This document shows positions 39,063 to 52,402 of a stretch of 64,000 nt of DNA, piece by piece (within the stretch, counting starts at the first letter, position 1; each line of letters starts with the position of its first letter). The notes under the pieces are model-generated. The model saw only the letters and a list, made by a program, of their open reading frames with translations. It did no database searches and had not been told where the DNA came from. The position numbers and the translations under genes are program-made. The stretch comes from Camelus dromedarius (lineage: Eukaryota): contig NC_087436.1 of assembly GCF_036321535.1 (NCBI RefSeq), forward strand, positions 109,122,001 through 109,186,000. The letters are read 5' to 3'.

Positions 39063-41049
39063 GATTTGGTGATCATCTTTCTCTCTTTGAAAGCCTCACA
39101 GAAGTCAAGTTCTGAACACTCCTACTCACACAGCAGAGCACAGTGAACCCTGGCCCCGCTAGGAGCTCAACTTCACTTTCCTTCTTTTATCTCGAACATT
39201 TTAATGAAGAGGGTGACGCTGTTACAGGAAGTCAAAGCAGCCACACGAAGCAGAGGAAATGAACAAATGTTTCGACAGACCTCTACCAGCCCCGTGAGTC
39301 TCAACTGCTCTGCTTCAAAGAGCTCTCACAAGTCTTGTTAAAGGACTCTCCCTGCCTCTGTAGAAGACGCCAAGACCACTGCCTCCTGCTGCCTATTACT
39401 GAGGGAACTTTAATCACTTTTCCTCTTTTGTTCCCACTGGGGAAGGAGCCAGACTGCGGTGAGAGGCCTGCAGTCAGAGGCGATGTTAGAGAGCATGAAA
39501 TTTATCTGACTTCCATAAAAAGATGTGCTTGGCCCTTCCTGCTCTGTTTCTGCCAGGCAGGCAGCTCTGGAATGGCTGCTCTGTCTTAGAAAAAACCAAA
39601 TACTTGCTGTAAACATAGAGGCAGGATGCTGCCTCTGAGGACCCGGTCTTCCTAGCCCCATTTATGCCCTTGGCATTATAGGCAACTTTTTAACCTTAAT
39701 AAAATAGCATCTCTCCCCCTGCATTATTTTTTCTTGGTAGCACAGGAAAGGGTTGTTTTAGAAATGATCTTGAACAGATTACGGTGTGTTTTAGAGGAAA
39801 GTTCCCTCTTTAACATCTTTCTGGGGTCTGAGAAAAAATATTACCAACAAGAGAAAAGTGTAGATTCCCCAGGTAAGGATACAAGACTGTCAGCCTAACA
39901 GATCCAAGTACAAAGTGCTTATATTTGATGTATTAATCATCTTTAGTAGCCAATGGAGTCTGTCAAGACACAGCAGGTTGGGTTTCTCCCAGACAGTCTC
40001 TCGGCACATGAGAAAGAGTCAGTGTGTGTCCTGTGTCGGTGTGTGCGTGTCCACGGCGGGTGCACGGGGGCAGGGAAGGAGCTGCAGGCTACGGGGGAAG
40101 GGAAGGACACACACTCTTACCCACGGCCTGCCGCTCCGGGAAATTAAAGGCCGAATGAACGTGCTGAGGACCTGGTAGCAGCAGTTTGAGAATACAGGCT
40201 TGAGGGTGGTGGAGCGGGTGGGGAGCAAGTTTCATGGTATCTATACATTCTGGTATCTGATGCAGAAAGGATCTTAGGCAGTTTACACCAGAGGATGCAG
40301 GAATAGACGAGGAACTTGTGGTGAAGGGTGAGAGACGAGGTGTTCCTTTATGGAAACCCTTGTCCTAGGTAAGAAGCAGACCTAATTCCGTGTTTCTGGC
40401 AAAGAGGAAAGAGGCCCCGTCTTTGAGATTAAAAGAAGCCCAGCTATCCAGGAAACACACATTTACTTTCCCCAGTGCTGCAGCAGGGGATACAACTACG
40501 TGAGCCGTCACGTGCTGAGACGGTGCCTAATGTCCTCAGACACGTTTCTGCATAAACAGGGGAGTAAGCGCCACAGCAGATCTCACGACGTCCCTCCAGG
40601 AAGACGGAGGGACGACCGCAACTCCTCGCGCTGGGACCGAACGCAACGGAGCAGGAGCATGTGACCCTGCAGCAAATTAGCCTGTGAGACGCTAGCTAAA
40701 TCCCCCAAACTGAGGCGTGTCCATAAAGGAAATGCGAGGGGGAAAACAACGAGAGAAAAACAAGAGCTTTGAGAAATTGTAAACGGATCTAAAACCAGTC
40801 ATTCCTATTCTGCACTCCCTCCACTGCTTGGCTGGTGGTTGCTTCACTGTGATCTAACCAACATCCTATGTCCGATACAACTAAAAAAACTCATAACCCT
40901 CCCCATTAATTGAGTTTTAGTTTTTCTTTAGAAGTCTACAAGGAAATGTAATTTGTTATCGCCCTTTCCAGCAATGGCCGCTGCAGACTGAATCCACACA
41001 CACGGCCCCTCCTCACCAAGCAACGCCACTCTCACGACTCTCTTCTCTC

Positions 41050-41462
41050 ACGGATCTTCTTTCTGTTATTCAGATGCATCAAAATACATCTGTGTGGCTG
41101 GGATTCTGCATCGTCTGGTCTCTCTGTCCCACATGCTGTCCAGCCCAGGGCTCACGCTCTGCACTGACAACCAGGCTCAAAGGTCCTATTCTGATCAGAG
41201 AAGCTTTCCTTGACTCTTCCTTCTAAAATAGCTCTTCTCTCCTCCCAGTCATTCTCCAGCCAAAGAACCTGTTTTATTTCCTTCGTATTTCTCATTGCCA
41301 TCTGAAATGATCTCATTGATTTTTTTAGAACTTATTCACTTATTTACTCATTCTAGTTCTCTTCTATAGAACATGTGTCATGAAAATAGGAACCTCTTCA
41401 TCTTGTTTATGCTGATCATGGTGGCATGTAATAGGTCCCTCCGTAAATATTTGCTGAATATG
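41050..41462 (+). mobile_element. L2 3' end
   Basis: aggctcaaaggtcctattct..tcagagaagctttccttgact...taaaatagc...gtaaatatttgctgaata. Confidence 0.75.
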
Positions 41463-42779
41463 GAAACGGACCAAAATTTCCACTAGGAAAGACTGTATCT
41501 TTCAAAATATCAACTAATAACTGAAATTAGAGGCCATTTTTTTAACCTTTAGAAGATTAGGGTGGCATATGGGACTTCATGGGAGACACGTGGAAAAAGA
41601 ATTTCTGCCTTGATTATGAAACAGAGGATCCAATAATCTCCCACTAAGGGTAAGTCTTAAAAACATTATTAAGTTATTATTTTTCCTTTACTAAAAATAC
41701 CTCCCAGTGTCCAGTTAATGTGTACAAACTTCATGTGTCTGCAGGCAGCCTGCTCCCCACGAAGTTCCTCCAAAAGAGAGTGGAAATCAGATGTCCATCT
41801 GTGCCGCTAAACGACCTGACATCTCAGAACAAAACCAGAACAAACGGACTTGTTTCTAAGACACAAAGCTCTGTGAATGTGAGGGAAAAGAGAGGCAGAT
41901 CCATGGGCCAGTGGGTGTAGGGCCAAAGCTAGTCCCAATCTGATCCGACAGCTGCGGGGAGAAGGGTCAAAGTGGGCTCCTAGGTGGGGAGCAGGACAGA
42001 CGGCCACTTCGTCTGTCAGCGATTTCCCGCTTAATGCTAATGCTGCACAAACGCCCTTCTGTTAGCAGGGTCAAATTCAAGTACTTGGAGCCCTTGTTTA
42101 ACAAAAAAATAGGATGCAGAGCGCAGGAGAAGCGAGGCCAGGAACCCAAAGGAAAGTCTGGCTGTTCGCTGAAAGGACAGTGCCAGAGTTGTCAAAGGCT
42201 GTATTTTCTGTGATGGCCACTTAGGGGCACTCGAAGTCTGAGAATGGCCACCTGAGCCCACATTTCAAGACTCATGATCTTCAGCGTGAGAACAGCAGAC
42301 AGTATATCTGCAGTACATTCCCACACACCTTCCTATGAAGAGCTGTGCGCCTCACCTGGATACAACTGTTTCCTTACTTAGGGAACAATTGCAAAAAAAC
42401 AAAACAAAACAAAAAAAAACCAAAAAAAAAACCAAAAAACAACTTTATTACTTATTTCAAGGAAAAGAAAAACAAGGAAGTGACAACCACGAATTAGAAT
42501 GGTATTTTTCCTGGGTGGCCAAGAGGCAGGTGTGATAGGGAAAGACACAAGGGGACAGGTGTAGGGCGGCGGTAAGGTTCCATCTCTGCCCTGAATGGCA
42601 GGTATTTGGGCATTTGCTTTAAATTCTTCTGTATATTTATGTATGATCCTGTGTCGGCGCGCACGTGGGTGTGTCTCACAAGACCTGATTTACTCCCGAT
42701 CATGGTCACATTTCACAGGAGAAAATTATAAATCCATACTGAAAGCAGATTTGAATGCCAGTGTCTTTAGGTACAGAGG

Positions 42780-42990
42780 TCAGAAGCATGGTGTCAAAAG
42801 TCAAACCTGGGTTTCAGTCCCCTCCCTGACTCCCTGCAAGACTTCACACAAGTGATTTCATTTTTCTAGCCTTGGTTTGCTTTCCGGGATGCGTGGCTGT
42901 AAAGACACTGACTTTGCAGGACTGTCGTTTGGCTCTGATGAACAGGAAGGCAATTAGCACAGGATGGATCACTGAGCAGCCTCCAAACGA
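42780..42990 (+). mobile_element. MIR SINE relic
   Basis: gtcaaacctgggtttcagtccc...caagtgatttcatttttctagccttggtttgc. Confidence 0.6.
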
Positions 42991-43727
42991 GTTTTCTTTC
43001 TTTCTCTCTCCCAACCCCAACTGCCTTCTTCAACTCCTTCAAGTTAGTAATTGAAGACAGAAGCCTTAGAAATGAATGGAAACATGATTAAAAGTGGTAG
43101 AGAACACAGGCTTGAGGGAAGTGATTTTAGATAACATTCTGCATGTGGTGGAGGGGCAGGGGGTGGAGAGCTGAGGAAAAAAGCAGTAATAATCTGCGGA
43201 GCGTGTCTGATCATTACTGGTACGTTTTTAGAGACGACTGTTACTATCTGACTTTGTTGTAAGGCTTCACTTAAAAAGAAGAATGCGATCTTAGAGTCTT
43301 CCCTCTGTGGCTTCGCTTCTCTTATTCCGAGACATCGGCCGTACTGGGTACACCAGCAGGTCCTCCGCGAGCTCTGGCCTGCAGCTGCTGTTAACTGACT
43401 CTAGACACAAACACCGTACTCACAAGGACCTTATGTAGAGAGGTTTTAAACATGCAGCCACATGCTTTCAACCTTTAGAATCCACAATGATAATACTTTC
43501 ACAAAGTACCTTTTGCTTCTCTAGACGTACAGATCCATTTTGTAAGAATACACCTCTGCCTACGACGTTTGGCTTTGGTGACATGGCATCCAGCAGGCTC
43601 TAGCGTAAGTATGTGTGTCACAGACACAAGATGCTTACTGCATTATAATGAAAATACGGACCTAAATACCATGCTTCAAATGGAGCCCCGTCTGTGGAGG
43701 TAGCATGGTTTAGTGGCAACTGCAATG

Positions 43728-43950
43728 TTACAGATACACATGACTGTATATAAAATAGATAAACAAGGACCTACTGTGTAGCACAGGGAACTCTATTCAA
43801 TTTCCTGTAATAACTTATAATGGAAAAGAATCTGAAAAAAATACGTATGTGTGTGTATAACTGAATTGCTTTGCTGTACAACTGAAACTAACATTGTAAA
43901 TCAACTACACTTCAATTAAAAAAACAAACTTTAAATTTACGAAAAAAAGA
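43728..43950 (+). mobile_element. L1 3' end inserted into a MIR (MIR halves about 43698-43725 and 43950-44125)
   Basis: cagatacacatgactgtatataaaatagataaacaaggacctactgtgtagcacagggaac...ttcaattaaaaaaa; MIR head ggtagcatggtttagtgg lies upstream. Confidence 0.85.
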
Positions 43951-44166
43951 ACTGAAAGCCATTGATTCCGCGGGATCACCACTATTCACAGGCTGTACAC
44001 ACCTGGGCTGCTCTCTCAGCTTCCCGTTAGACCTGTTTCTCTACCTTTCAGTTGAAGATAGTAACACTTCTGCTTATTTTTTATGAAGATCAAATGAGAT
44101 AAAATAAACATAATTCTTAAGCCCTGGACGGCTACATCATGACTGTTGTATAGAATCTGTTTAAAA

Positions 44167-44185
44167 CTTACACTAGGGGGCATAA
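44167..44185 (+). promoter_or_regulatory. CTCF-like motif
   Basis: ACACTAGGGGGCAT vs CCASYAGRKGGCRS, two terminal mismatches. Confidence 0.3.
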
Positions 44186-45059
44186 AAGTAAAACCCTCTC
44201 AATGGGTTCCACTCCCAACTCTAAAATGCGCTAGTCTGGGGACCCAGGGTAAGTTGCCTGCCTCTCAGTAACTAGTGACTTCTTTAGAAATAACAATGAA
44301 TGCTTCCCCAGGTTTAAATGAGGTTTAAATGAAATAATGTAAGCCTGGAACCTGTTATACACTATTTATTATTTTATATATATAGTGATTCATATGTGTA
44401 CGTGTGTGTATATATATATGTATATACACACACACATACATTCATTATTATTGTTGCTAAACTCCAGGTAATCTTTTTATACTGCATCAGTGGCTTTTCA
44501 GCCAAGTCTCATGTCCTGCTTTCTGAGCTCCAGCTCTTGTTTCTTAAGTTATAGTTTAAAGATCTCCCTCTTTTTCTTTTCCTCTTCAATACATTTGCAA
44601 AAACTAAAGCTACAATATATAATCATTCCTTACAATTTTAGTTATCACCAGCAGACAAATGACTCTGCCTGTCAAACTCTGGAGTCTTTCCCATTAATTA
44701 ATGTAATAGTACACAGTGAATTTTCTCCAGGTCATCTTGATCAGATAACCCACATCAAGTGAAATATGATTGTTTTAGAAAACTATTTTTCTTCTACCAC
44801 CTTCCCTGATGCTAAACTCCTCATTCTCTAAAGAATTTGATTCCCTGTCCCCATGTTCATTCTCTCCCCAGCTTCAACTTTGTGTTTATAGATAGCATTC
44901 TACAAACCCTCCCCTTCTATTCAGCTTCCTACACTATGAGCATTTTATTCTAGTCAATGCTGTGCTCATCCGTCAACAGTCCTGGTGATGTCCTTTCTTC
45001 CCCTCCACCTCCGCACTCCAGGCTCACAGCTGCTTCCTCCAGTGCAGGTGTTGACTGAG

Positions 45060-45420
45060 CCTCAGGCAGAGGGTGTGAGGTAGGTACCACACTAGGCATT
45101 GAGAATGCAATGACGAAGCAGGCAGCATCCCTGCCCTCAAGAAGCTCACAGTCTAGAAAGGAGCACTGACCAAGGACGCCCATTCACACATTTGTGTGAG
45201 AGGGAAAAACGCAGGTTTCTAAAGAAGCACCAAAAATGACATCAAAGCCCAACTGAGGGGTCAGGAATGTTACAGAAGAGTCTTGAAAAACACATGGTCG
45301 TGCACATGGCTGGGGTTGGAAGGACTGGCAGGCAAAGGAAGCTATGCATGGAAAAGTGTGGAAACCAGCTGGGGAATGCAAGTAGTTTAGCACAGCTGGA
45401 AATGAACCCAAACTTGAGTT
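45060..45420 (-). mobile_element. L2 3' end
   Basis: ctaggcattgagaatgcaatgacgaag...tccctgccctcaagaagctcacagtctag. Confidence 0.7.
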
Positions 45421-46029
45421 TTCTCCATACACTACTTTAAGCTTTCAGCTAAAGAGCCATTTTTCAACATAAAGTATCCATATAAAATATATCATCTTTT
45501 CTGACTTTTTAAAAGTGTCTAAGCATTTCCTAAGAACTTAAAATTAAACTTGCTAAAGGAATTTCTATTGGTTGAAGGCAGCTTTTTTATTTTTCTCCCT
45601 GTCAAACTGACTTGTGTACAGGAAGATTTAGAACACAAAACAACTTCGGGTAAGTTTTAATTGTATCTAATCGATATGTCATGTTTTAAAAATGAGAACT
45701 TACTCTCTGTAATTAGTATACACCACACACACATTTACAGACTTTTTCCCCCGAGACTACTTCATTTATAAAATAAAAGCCATCAGAAGCATGGGCATAT
45801 TTATTTAAAACAAAAGCAAAACCAAAAATCATGGTGAAAATTCAGAAAAAAAATGAGCCACAGGTTTAAAGAAATGGCATGAAAGGAACCTCAAAGTAAT
45901 AACAAAAAACTTTTAAAAATACAACAAACTGAACAAAGCATAAAACTGTGACAAAATAGAAAAATCCTTTTCTATAAAAAGAAAAGTCATCTATTAGAAA
46001 CAAAGTTTTCCCAAGTCCATAGTGTCTGA

Positions 46030-46530
46030 AGGTCAAAAACAACCTGGAAATCACTAGAGCTAAAACAGAGCTTCATGGAACACTTACGATGAACTTTAAA
46101 CAGTGTTTAAAATGCACAGAAAACTCAGGGAAAATAAGCAAACACAATTTAGGGGGAAACAGACAAAGGTTTTCATGAAGTCAAATCATGCCTTATTGGT
46201 CAACTAAAGTACTCAGCAAGAGTAAAGTATGCAAACAAGGGGAACTATATAGACCTAATTTACTTGGGTTTACAAATCTGATACAGTATAAAGTCTCACT
46301 CACTGTTACTTTAAAATGTGCGTTACTGTGAAATTGGGGCAAATAAGGACTGATGGACTGATGGATACAAAACTAACTACCCAGGGATACCTGCAGATGG
46401 GAAACAAAGGTAATCATCACCTGTCAAATCTCTGAAAGCAGGAGGGCCTCTCACAGTATCCTAACCAACCTTCCTATGACTACTTATAAAAATATATAAA
46501 TGACCAGAGAGAGGATGTGTACATTAACTT
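46030..46530 (+). mobile_element. CR1/L3 LINE ORF2 reverse-transcriptase fossil
   Basis: 46162-46278 translates DKGFHEVKSCLIGQLKYSARVKYANKGNYIDLIYLGLQI, resembling the CR1 RT motif QHGFxxGKSCLTNL...DKGxxVDxxYLDFQ; downstream traces of WIxNWL, KQRV and IYIND. Confidence 0.7.
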
Positions 46531-49424
46531 TAAATGCTTTTTGGTAACAAATACTGCATTAAAACCATGTCAACTAGAAAACTGAGCTCTGCAGAATTAA
46601 GCAGGACTACTGTATTTTTGTTGTTAATCCTAAGTATTTTAATAAATTTGACCAATAATTTGAAATAAAATTTGAAACAGGAAATGGTTCTAAAATAGTA
46701 AACATTGTTATTTAAATTATTTGGATATTTTAAACACTGAAATCCACTATATGAATCTGCAATAATAAAACGTACAGATCTTCAAGTAGAAAAAAGCACG
46801 CCACTGCTGATTTTAAAATATCAGTTTATAACATGAAACACATGTGGATAATAGTTAACTTTTCAAGATTTATTTGTGAATAAATGCTCCCTACAATAAT
46901 TGAAAAAACAACATATCTGTGTAATTTTATTATAGAAGATGCTATAACATGGTTGGTATTTTTAAAGCTATGACACATTTCACAGGCCTTTTGAATCTTT
47001 TCAACTTCATGACTTACTTTCTCAAATTATTTCTCAACATTTGTCTCTACTAGAATTTTATTCTAAAATTCCATAGATATTATAATGGGTACGTAATCTA
47101 ATTCAAAAGCAAGAGCTGTCAGAGAACAATGAGACTTTGTCATTTCAGATGCTCTGAAATTGATAAGCAGATAAAAATGTTTTATGGCTAATTTGTACCT
47201 ACTTGATTCAATTTAACATTCCTGGAAAGTGGCAGTCAAAGGAAAAAGTGCCAATAAAAACATTAGTCCCATGCATCTTATACCCATGGGAACTATAGGT
47301 AATTCAGCAATAAACACATTGTTTCATTTGTACATTTAATTTACAAATTCTATGAAACAATGCAAAATATTCCCTTCGCCCAACAAAGCAATCTAAAAAG
47401 CTAATGAGTAAAGAGATAGATCCTTTAACTACATAACCACACACGGGGTGTAACAAAATGACCACAATGAGCCAAGATTGCATTCCTTTAAAAAAGAAAT
47501 GTAATGAAAAGCTATACTTAAAACTCAAATATTTAAGCAAATTCATAATCATTATTAGCAGTGTAAATAAATATAAATCAAGCTTACAACTTTCCTTACT
47601 CATGAAAATAATTTTAACACATAGCATGGTGACTAAACGTTTATATTTGAGTTATGTTTGTATGTTGTATCTTCCCTATTTCATTTGCTTGTTTAGTAGA
47701 CAAGTGATTATTGTATGTGCATTAAATGTCGATCACAGTGCTAAAGGCTTAACGGAGAGGTTCTAGGGGAATTGGAAGCAGTGAGAATCAAATGCAGACT
47801 CCTGGGCAAGTGAGAATTCTACCATTAACCATTTATAATCAGAAAAGGGCTCTCTTTTTTTCCACCTTGAAATACAGTTTAAATTCCAAATGACAAATCA
47901 GTATAAACATGTCAAACGCTGTATTTATCAAGTTCTGCTTTAGTTGCACTAAAACAATAAATTGTAGAACTCCTACTTTAGAGGTTCTTCACTTTGGTAA
48001 ACATTCAAGAGCACAGCAAAAAATGTAGAGAATGAGCACTTGTGATACGCTCGCTGTGGGTATGTATTTATAATCTTTCCACTGCCCCAAGTCTTTTTTC
48101 CTGGTTTTTAAATCCCCTTCCTCCATCCCAATTAAGATGGTTTTGGGGAAATTTAACAAACTAAAGATCCCACCAATCTCAGTGTTTCCAATCTCAATGT
48201 CCCAATGTTTTCCTGATGTACATTTATCTGATCTTATGTTGACATACTGACAAAAAGTTGGAGAAACTAGAAAGTATTCTGAAATTTCTTACAGCTGATT
48301 ATCTGTGATTCACAAAGTTAAAAAGCAACCAATCTGTAAGATCTTTGTGTGATACAGCTATATTGATATATACATTCAGGCCATCTCACTAACATGACAA
48401 TTCAAAATGTATTAGGAGGGATGAAGTAAGATAAAGAAGATAAAAAATGAACCATGGAATGTCCTTTGAAATATGAGTATCTCCTCATGACAAAGCCCAG
48501 GGGCAGCAGAAACACACTGTGATGGTACTCCATCCATGCACCCATTAGTACCACTCTGGAAAACTCCTGTTGATCTCTGCTAAGTGTAGGCTGAACAATC
48601 TAACAAAATGAACATGAAATCAAAGCATAGATGTGCCAAATAATCCTGCATGGGTGTGCATAAATGCCATCAAATGGAGAACAAGGAAGAAGGCAAAGGA
48701 AACATTCCATCAGGAATTATAAAATGCTTAGAGCCCCTTGCCATCCAAGCTGGATTTGATAGGCTGTGTATTATTGAATCGTAAGACTCTTATCAGCTTC
48801 TCACAGGATTCCCCTCCTCTCATTACACTGTAGAAATAAATCTATTTATGATACCTTACTTAGCCTTTTGGGGAAAAGGGAGTATTGATGCTTCCAATGC
48901 AAAATATGAACAATGGTCCAGGATGCATTTGAAATGGTTTTGTAGAAAATTTGACCTTTGTTTTTAAAAAAAGTTCATCATTAAATTTAAACCTTTCATC
49001 CTAATTCCTTAATACATGTCTGTCATGTTAATGTCAACAGGAAATCAACACTGAGGAGGAGACATATGGTGAAGAGAGGGACAGAGGAGCTCATGATGAA
49101 TCAGCTCTCTCCACTGAAGGAGAAAAATAAAATGTTTATAGTTTTAAATGTTACTACAAAATGTTCCACCAGCAAGCCTGGGATTTCTAAGCAGCATGTG
49201 ACAATCAGACTTAAGTCACTTTCAAAACATCCTTTGGATTTGAAAGTTGTGCCTGACTTCCTGGAAAAGGCAAAAGTTAGATTCATCAGATTCTTCACCA
49301 AGCATAGGGAACCGAAAGCTATCTCCATTTTAATGTCTGGACAAAGTACTAGTATTGCTAATTAACTTTGCTTTTAAATTCCTTTATTCTTGTCCCAGGA
49401 ACTAGTTCTTAAAGAGCAATAATA

Positions 49425-49781
49425 GTGCCCCAGTTCCTCGGACTGTCATTATAAATACTGCAAACCGTGTGGCTTCAACAACAGAATTTCCTCTCTCACT
49501 TTCAGAGGCTAAGTCCAAGATCAGGATGCAGCATGGTTGGTTTCCGGTGACAGCTCTATTTCTGACTTGCAGATGATCCCTTTCTCACTGCGTCTTCACA
49601 TGCCAGAGAGAAAGGGAAAGTCAGCTTTCTACTGTCTCTTCTAATCACAGACTAGGGGTCCCACACTTATGACTTCCTTTAAACCTAACTACCTTCAACG
49701 TCCCATCTCCAAATCTGTCACCTTGCAGGTTAGGGTTTCAATATATGAATTTGGGGGGAGGGACGCAATTCAGTCCACAGT
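49425..49781 (-). mobile_element. MLT1 (MaLR) solo LTR
   Basis: gtggcttcaacaacagaattt...aagtccaagatcagg...ttagggtttcaatatatgaatttggggggagggacgcaattcagtcca. Confidence 0.88.
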
Positions 49782-50729
49782 AAATGGAGGCAGACTGAAT
49801 GGAGCTATGAAAATCGTAAGTTTTAGGAAAGGTCGAAGAAAGAAAAGGACGGTACAAAATGGAGATAGAGCAAGGTTGGTGGAAAACACACCTTAACTTC
49901 ACTCTTAGTTGAGAAAACTTACTGGTAAATCTAATTGTTGGCATTGCTACTGAGTGGCTGGTTTCTAGCTGAACCATGGCTTTTGTCAGTTGCCTAATGG
50001 GGGTGGACCTTCAGAGTCTAAGCTAAAAGCTCTTGGTTAACATTCTCATTCTCATCAACAATCAAAAACATAGATACCTCCTGGGAAAACAACATTTGTC
50101 TGGTACCTGCAGACTTACACATGTGACACTAAATGTTTTGGGAGACAGGTTACAGGTACAGAATTGGATCTTATCTCGTTTTCTATATATGCAACATAAC
50201 ACACACACACAATGCATAGGATCCACTCTATGATCAGTAACGTGTAACACTGATAACAGCGATCATAATTATTGTGACGAAGCGTTTACAAACCGTCTAA
50301 ACCTATCTTTCAGTCGTAGGTCTGTGTAAGTTGCTGGACAAGGAAGAACATTTTTCTGAGTTTAATTTGTAACTCAGATGTCATCTAGCAATGTAAGTAC
50401 TTTGTTTCAGGAATGAGGGCAAGGTTTCACGTTTCTCCCTAATTATAGAGTTGTTACAGGTTCAAGAAGGAAATGTGTGTGTATGTACTTAGACACTATA
50501 CGTATCTAAAGGATCTCTGTGATCTGTATTTTTAGTTAGTAATACAAAACCATGGGATGACATATTTTTAAGAATTGGAAAGAATACACAACGAGCTATT
50601 GGTCAGGATAAAACCAGCATCACAAAAGTTGCCAAAGTCAGTCCTGAACGAGGTAAATGCAGCAGCAATGGGACTCCCTAGTCCTTTCCAGCTTTTCTTC
50701 TGAATTTAGACCCACATTGCCACACCCTC

Positions 50730-51141
50730 TGTAGCAGAAGCTGTGAGTTCTCTGCCATTGTCCCTGGATGGGTTCCTTTACTGTTTTTGTCTAGGCCAGC
50801 CCTCATTACGCTTTCACTCCCCAAAGCTGACAGCCTCATTTGCAACATTCTCAGAAGGCCAGAACGCATCCTGCCTGTGCACACGGCAAACAGGAAGTGC
50901 CTGGGAACTGGCGTTCCCCCACCCCTTTAGCCAGCGACTGATGCACGGCTGCAGCTCCCCAGTCCCTGCTCCGAGCAAGTCTTGGTTTGACTGCGACTGA
51001 GCCAATGTGATGCTCTGCTAAACTGCTTAACACCTCATCTGCCCTGTTCCCAGCTCCTCCTCTCCTCTTAGAAACTCTTCCTACAAATAACTTCCTGTAA
51101 ATCCTTGCGTCAGAGGAGCTGCCGAGGAACCCAGTCTAACA
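50730..51141 (+). mobile_element. LTR16-like (ERVL) solo LTR
   Basis: Starts tgtagcaga; internal ggcaaacaggaagtgcctggga; ends aatccttgcgtcag...ggaacccagtctaaca. Confidence 0.75.
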
Positions 51142-51634
51142 CGCCCCCTCGCCCTTCATACCTCAACCTGTAACCTATGAACTGGTCCTGGAGTCTGGCC
51201 ATTCTTCACGATAGCAAATGGTGAGACTTTGAAACAGTGACTCAGCACCGAATGGCCACCTGTTCAGCAGCTCTCTGCTTTGATTGACTTTATCCTCAAC
51301 CTCAGACAACGCTGTGTTGTTTCCTTTTTTGTCTTTGTCCAGAGAGTAGCCATCTTTGCTCCTCTCTAGGGCTAAATCAGATCTTTATGCTAATGATATT
51401 CTAGCCTGGATCTCATTCACCTTGGTGTCTACTGGTCAAGTCTATTTTAAAAATCTAGCTTGCACATACTTACAGGGAATTTTATAATAACATTACATAA
51501 CAGCTATAATGTATGATAAGCAATACTTTAAAAATGTCTGCACACATTTATGAATAACAAAGATTTTACTGTGTTCCAGAAAGAATTTTTAAGATAGGCA
51601 ATAAAACACCCTTGGAAGATAAAAGAAGAAAACA

Positions 51635-51825
51635 ACAATGGTTAACCTTCTTATGATGCTAACCGTGTGTTGCACTGAGCACATTTCTTTTTGCTCACCA
51701 CAACCCTCAGAGGTATGTCCTACTACAGTCCCTATTTTCCAGGCCAGGAAACTGAGGAATAGTAAGTTGCTCAAGGTCATGTGGCTAGCAAACACACAGG
51801 GCTCAAATTCAACACAGGATGAACA
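51635..51825 (-). mobile_element. MIR SINE
   Basis: ctcaccacaaccctcagaggtatg...cctattttccaggccaggaaactgagg..taagttgctcaaggtcatgtggctag. Confidence 0.8.
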
Positions 51826-52044
51826 CAGAAAAGGATCTTCTTAGATTTATTATTTTCAATGTTTGTTCAAGATATAATTACTATTTGCACTGCCCTTAAA
51901 TTCTCACTTAAGATTTACCCCAACAGGCAGACCCATTAATACGATTAGGCTCTGAGAAATTAGACGTGCAAGGAGTCTGGAGCATAGAAATAAGATGACC
52001 AAGGCATTCATGTTATAAACAACACCATCCAAAACACCAAGAAC

Positions 52045-52230
52045 AGTAATAAAGCTACTTGTTAAGTAATTACTACGATCTAGGCACTATGTGACAACAG
52101 TACCTGGGTTATTCCATGTAAAACTTTGAAAACATTCTGTGAAGTAAAACTTTTATTTTCCCCTATCCAGCCGATGAGAAAACTGAGGCCCTGGGAATTT
52201 AAGATTTGTCTCAAGCTAAATAAATAAAGT
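52045..52230 (-). mobile_element. MIR SINE
   Basis: gatgagaaaactgaggccctgggaatttaagatttgtctcaag. Confidence 0.65.
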
Positions 52231-52388
52231 AAAATATGTAATCTGACATGTCATCCAATAAGGAGTTGGGCAGTAATACTGGTAAATAAATGGCCTTCAT
52301 ATCTTGACAGGGTCCTATTTGGTCAATGTTGAGTGGTTACTGATTTTGTTTTATGATTTATGATTGCCCGCTAAGTCTCAGGGGGCAG

Positions 52389-52402
52389 CCACTAGATGGA
52401 AG
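52389..52402 (+). promoter_or_regulatory. CTCF-like motif
   Basis: CCACTAGATGGAAG, one mismatch to CCASYAGRKGGCRS. Confidence 0.4.

Noticed and set aside
42213..42231. CTCF-like TGGCCACTTAGGGGCACTC
   Set aside because: Mismatches fall on the near-invariant AG core positions.
49041..49130. + strand acidic frame EINTEEETYGEERDRGAHDESALSTEGEK* after caacag
   Set aside because: Weak polypyrimidine tract, no partner exons, unrecognised peptide; explained by purine-rich composition.
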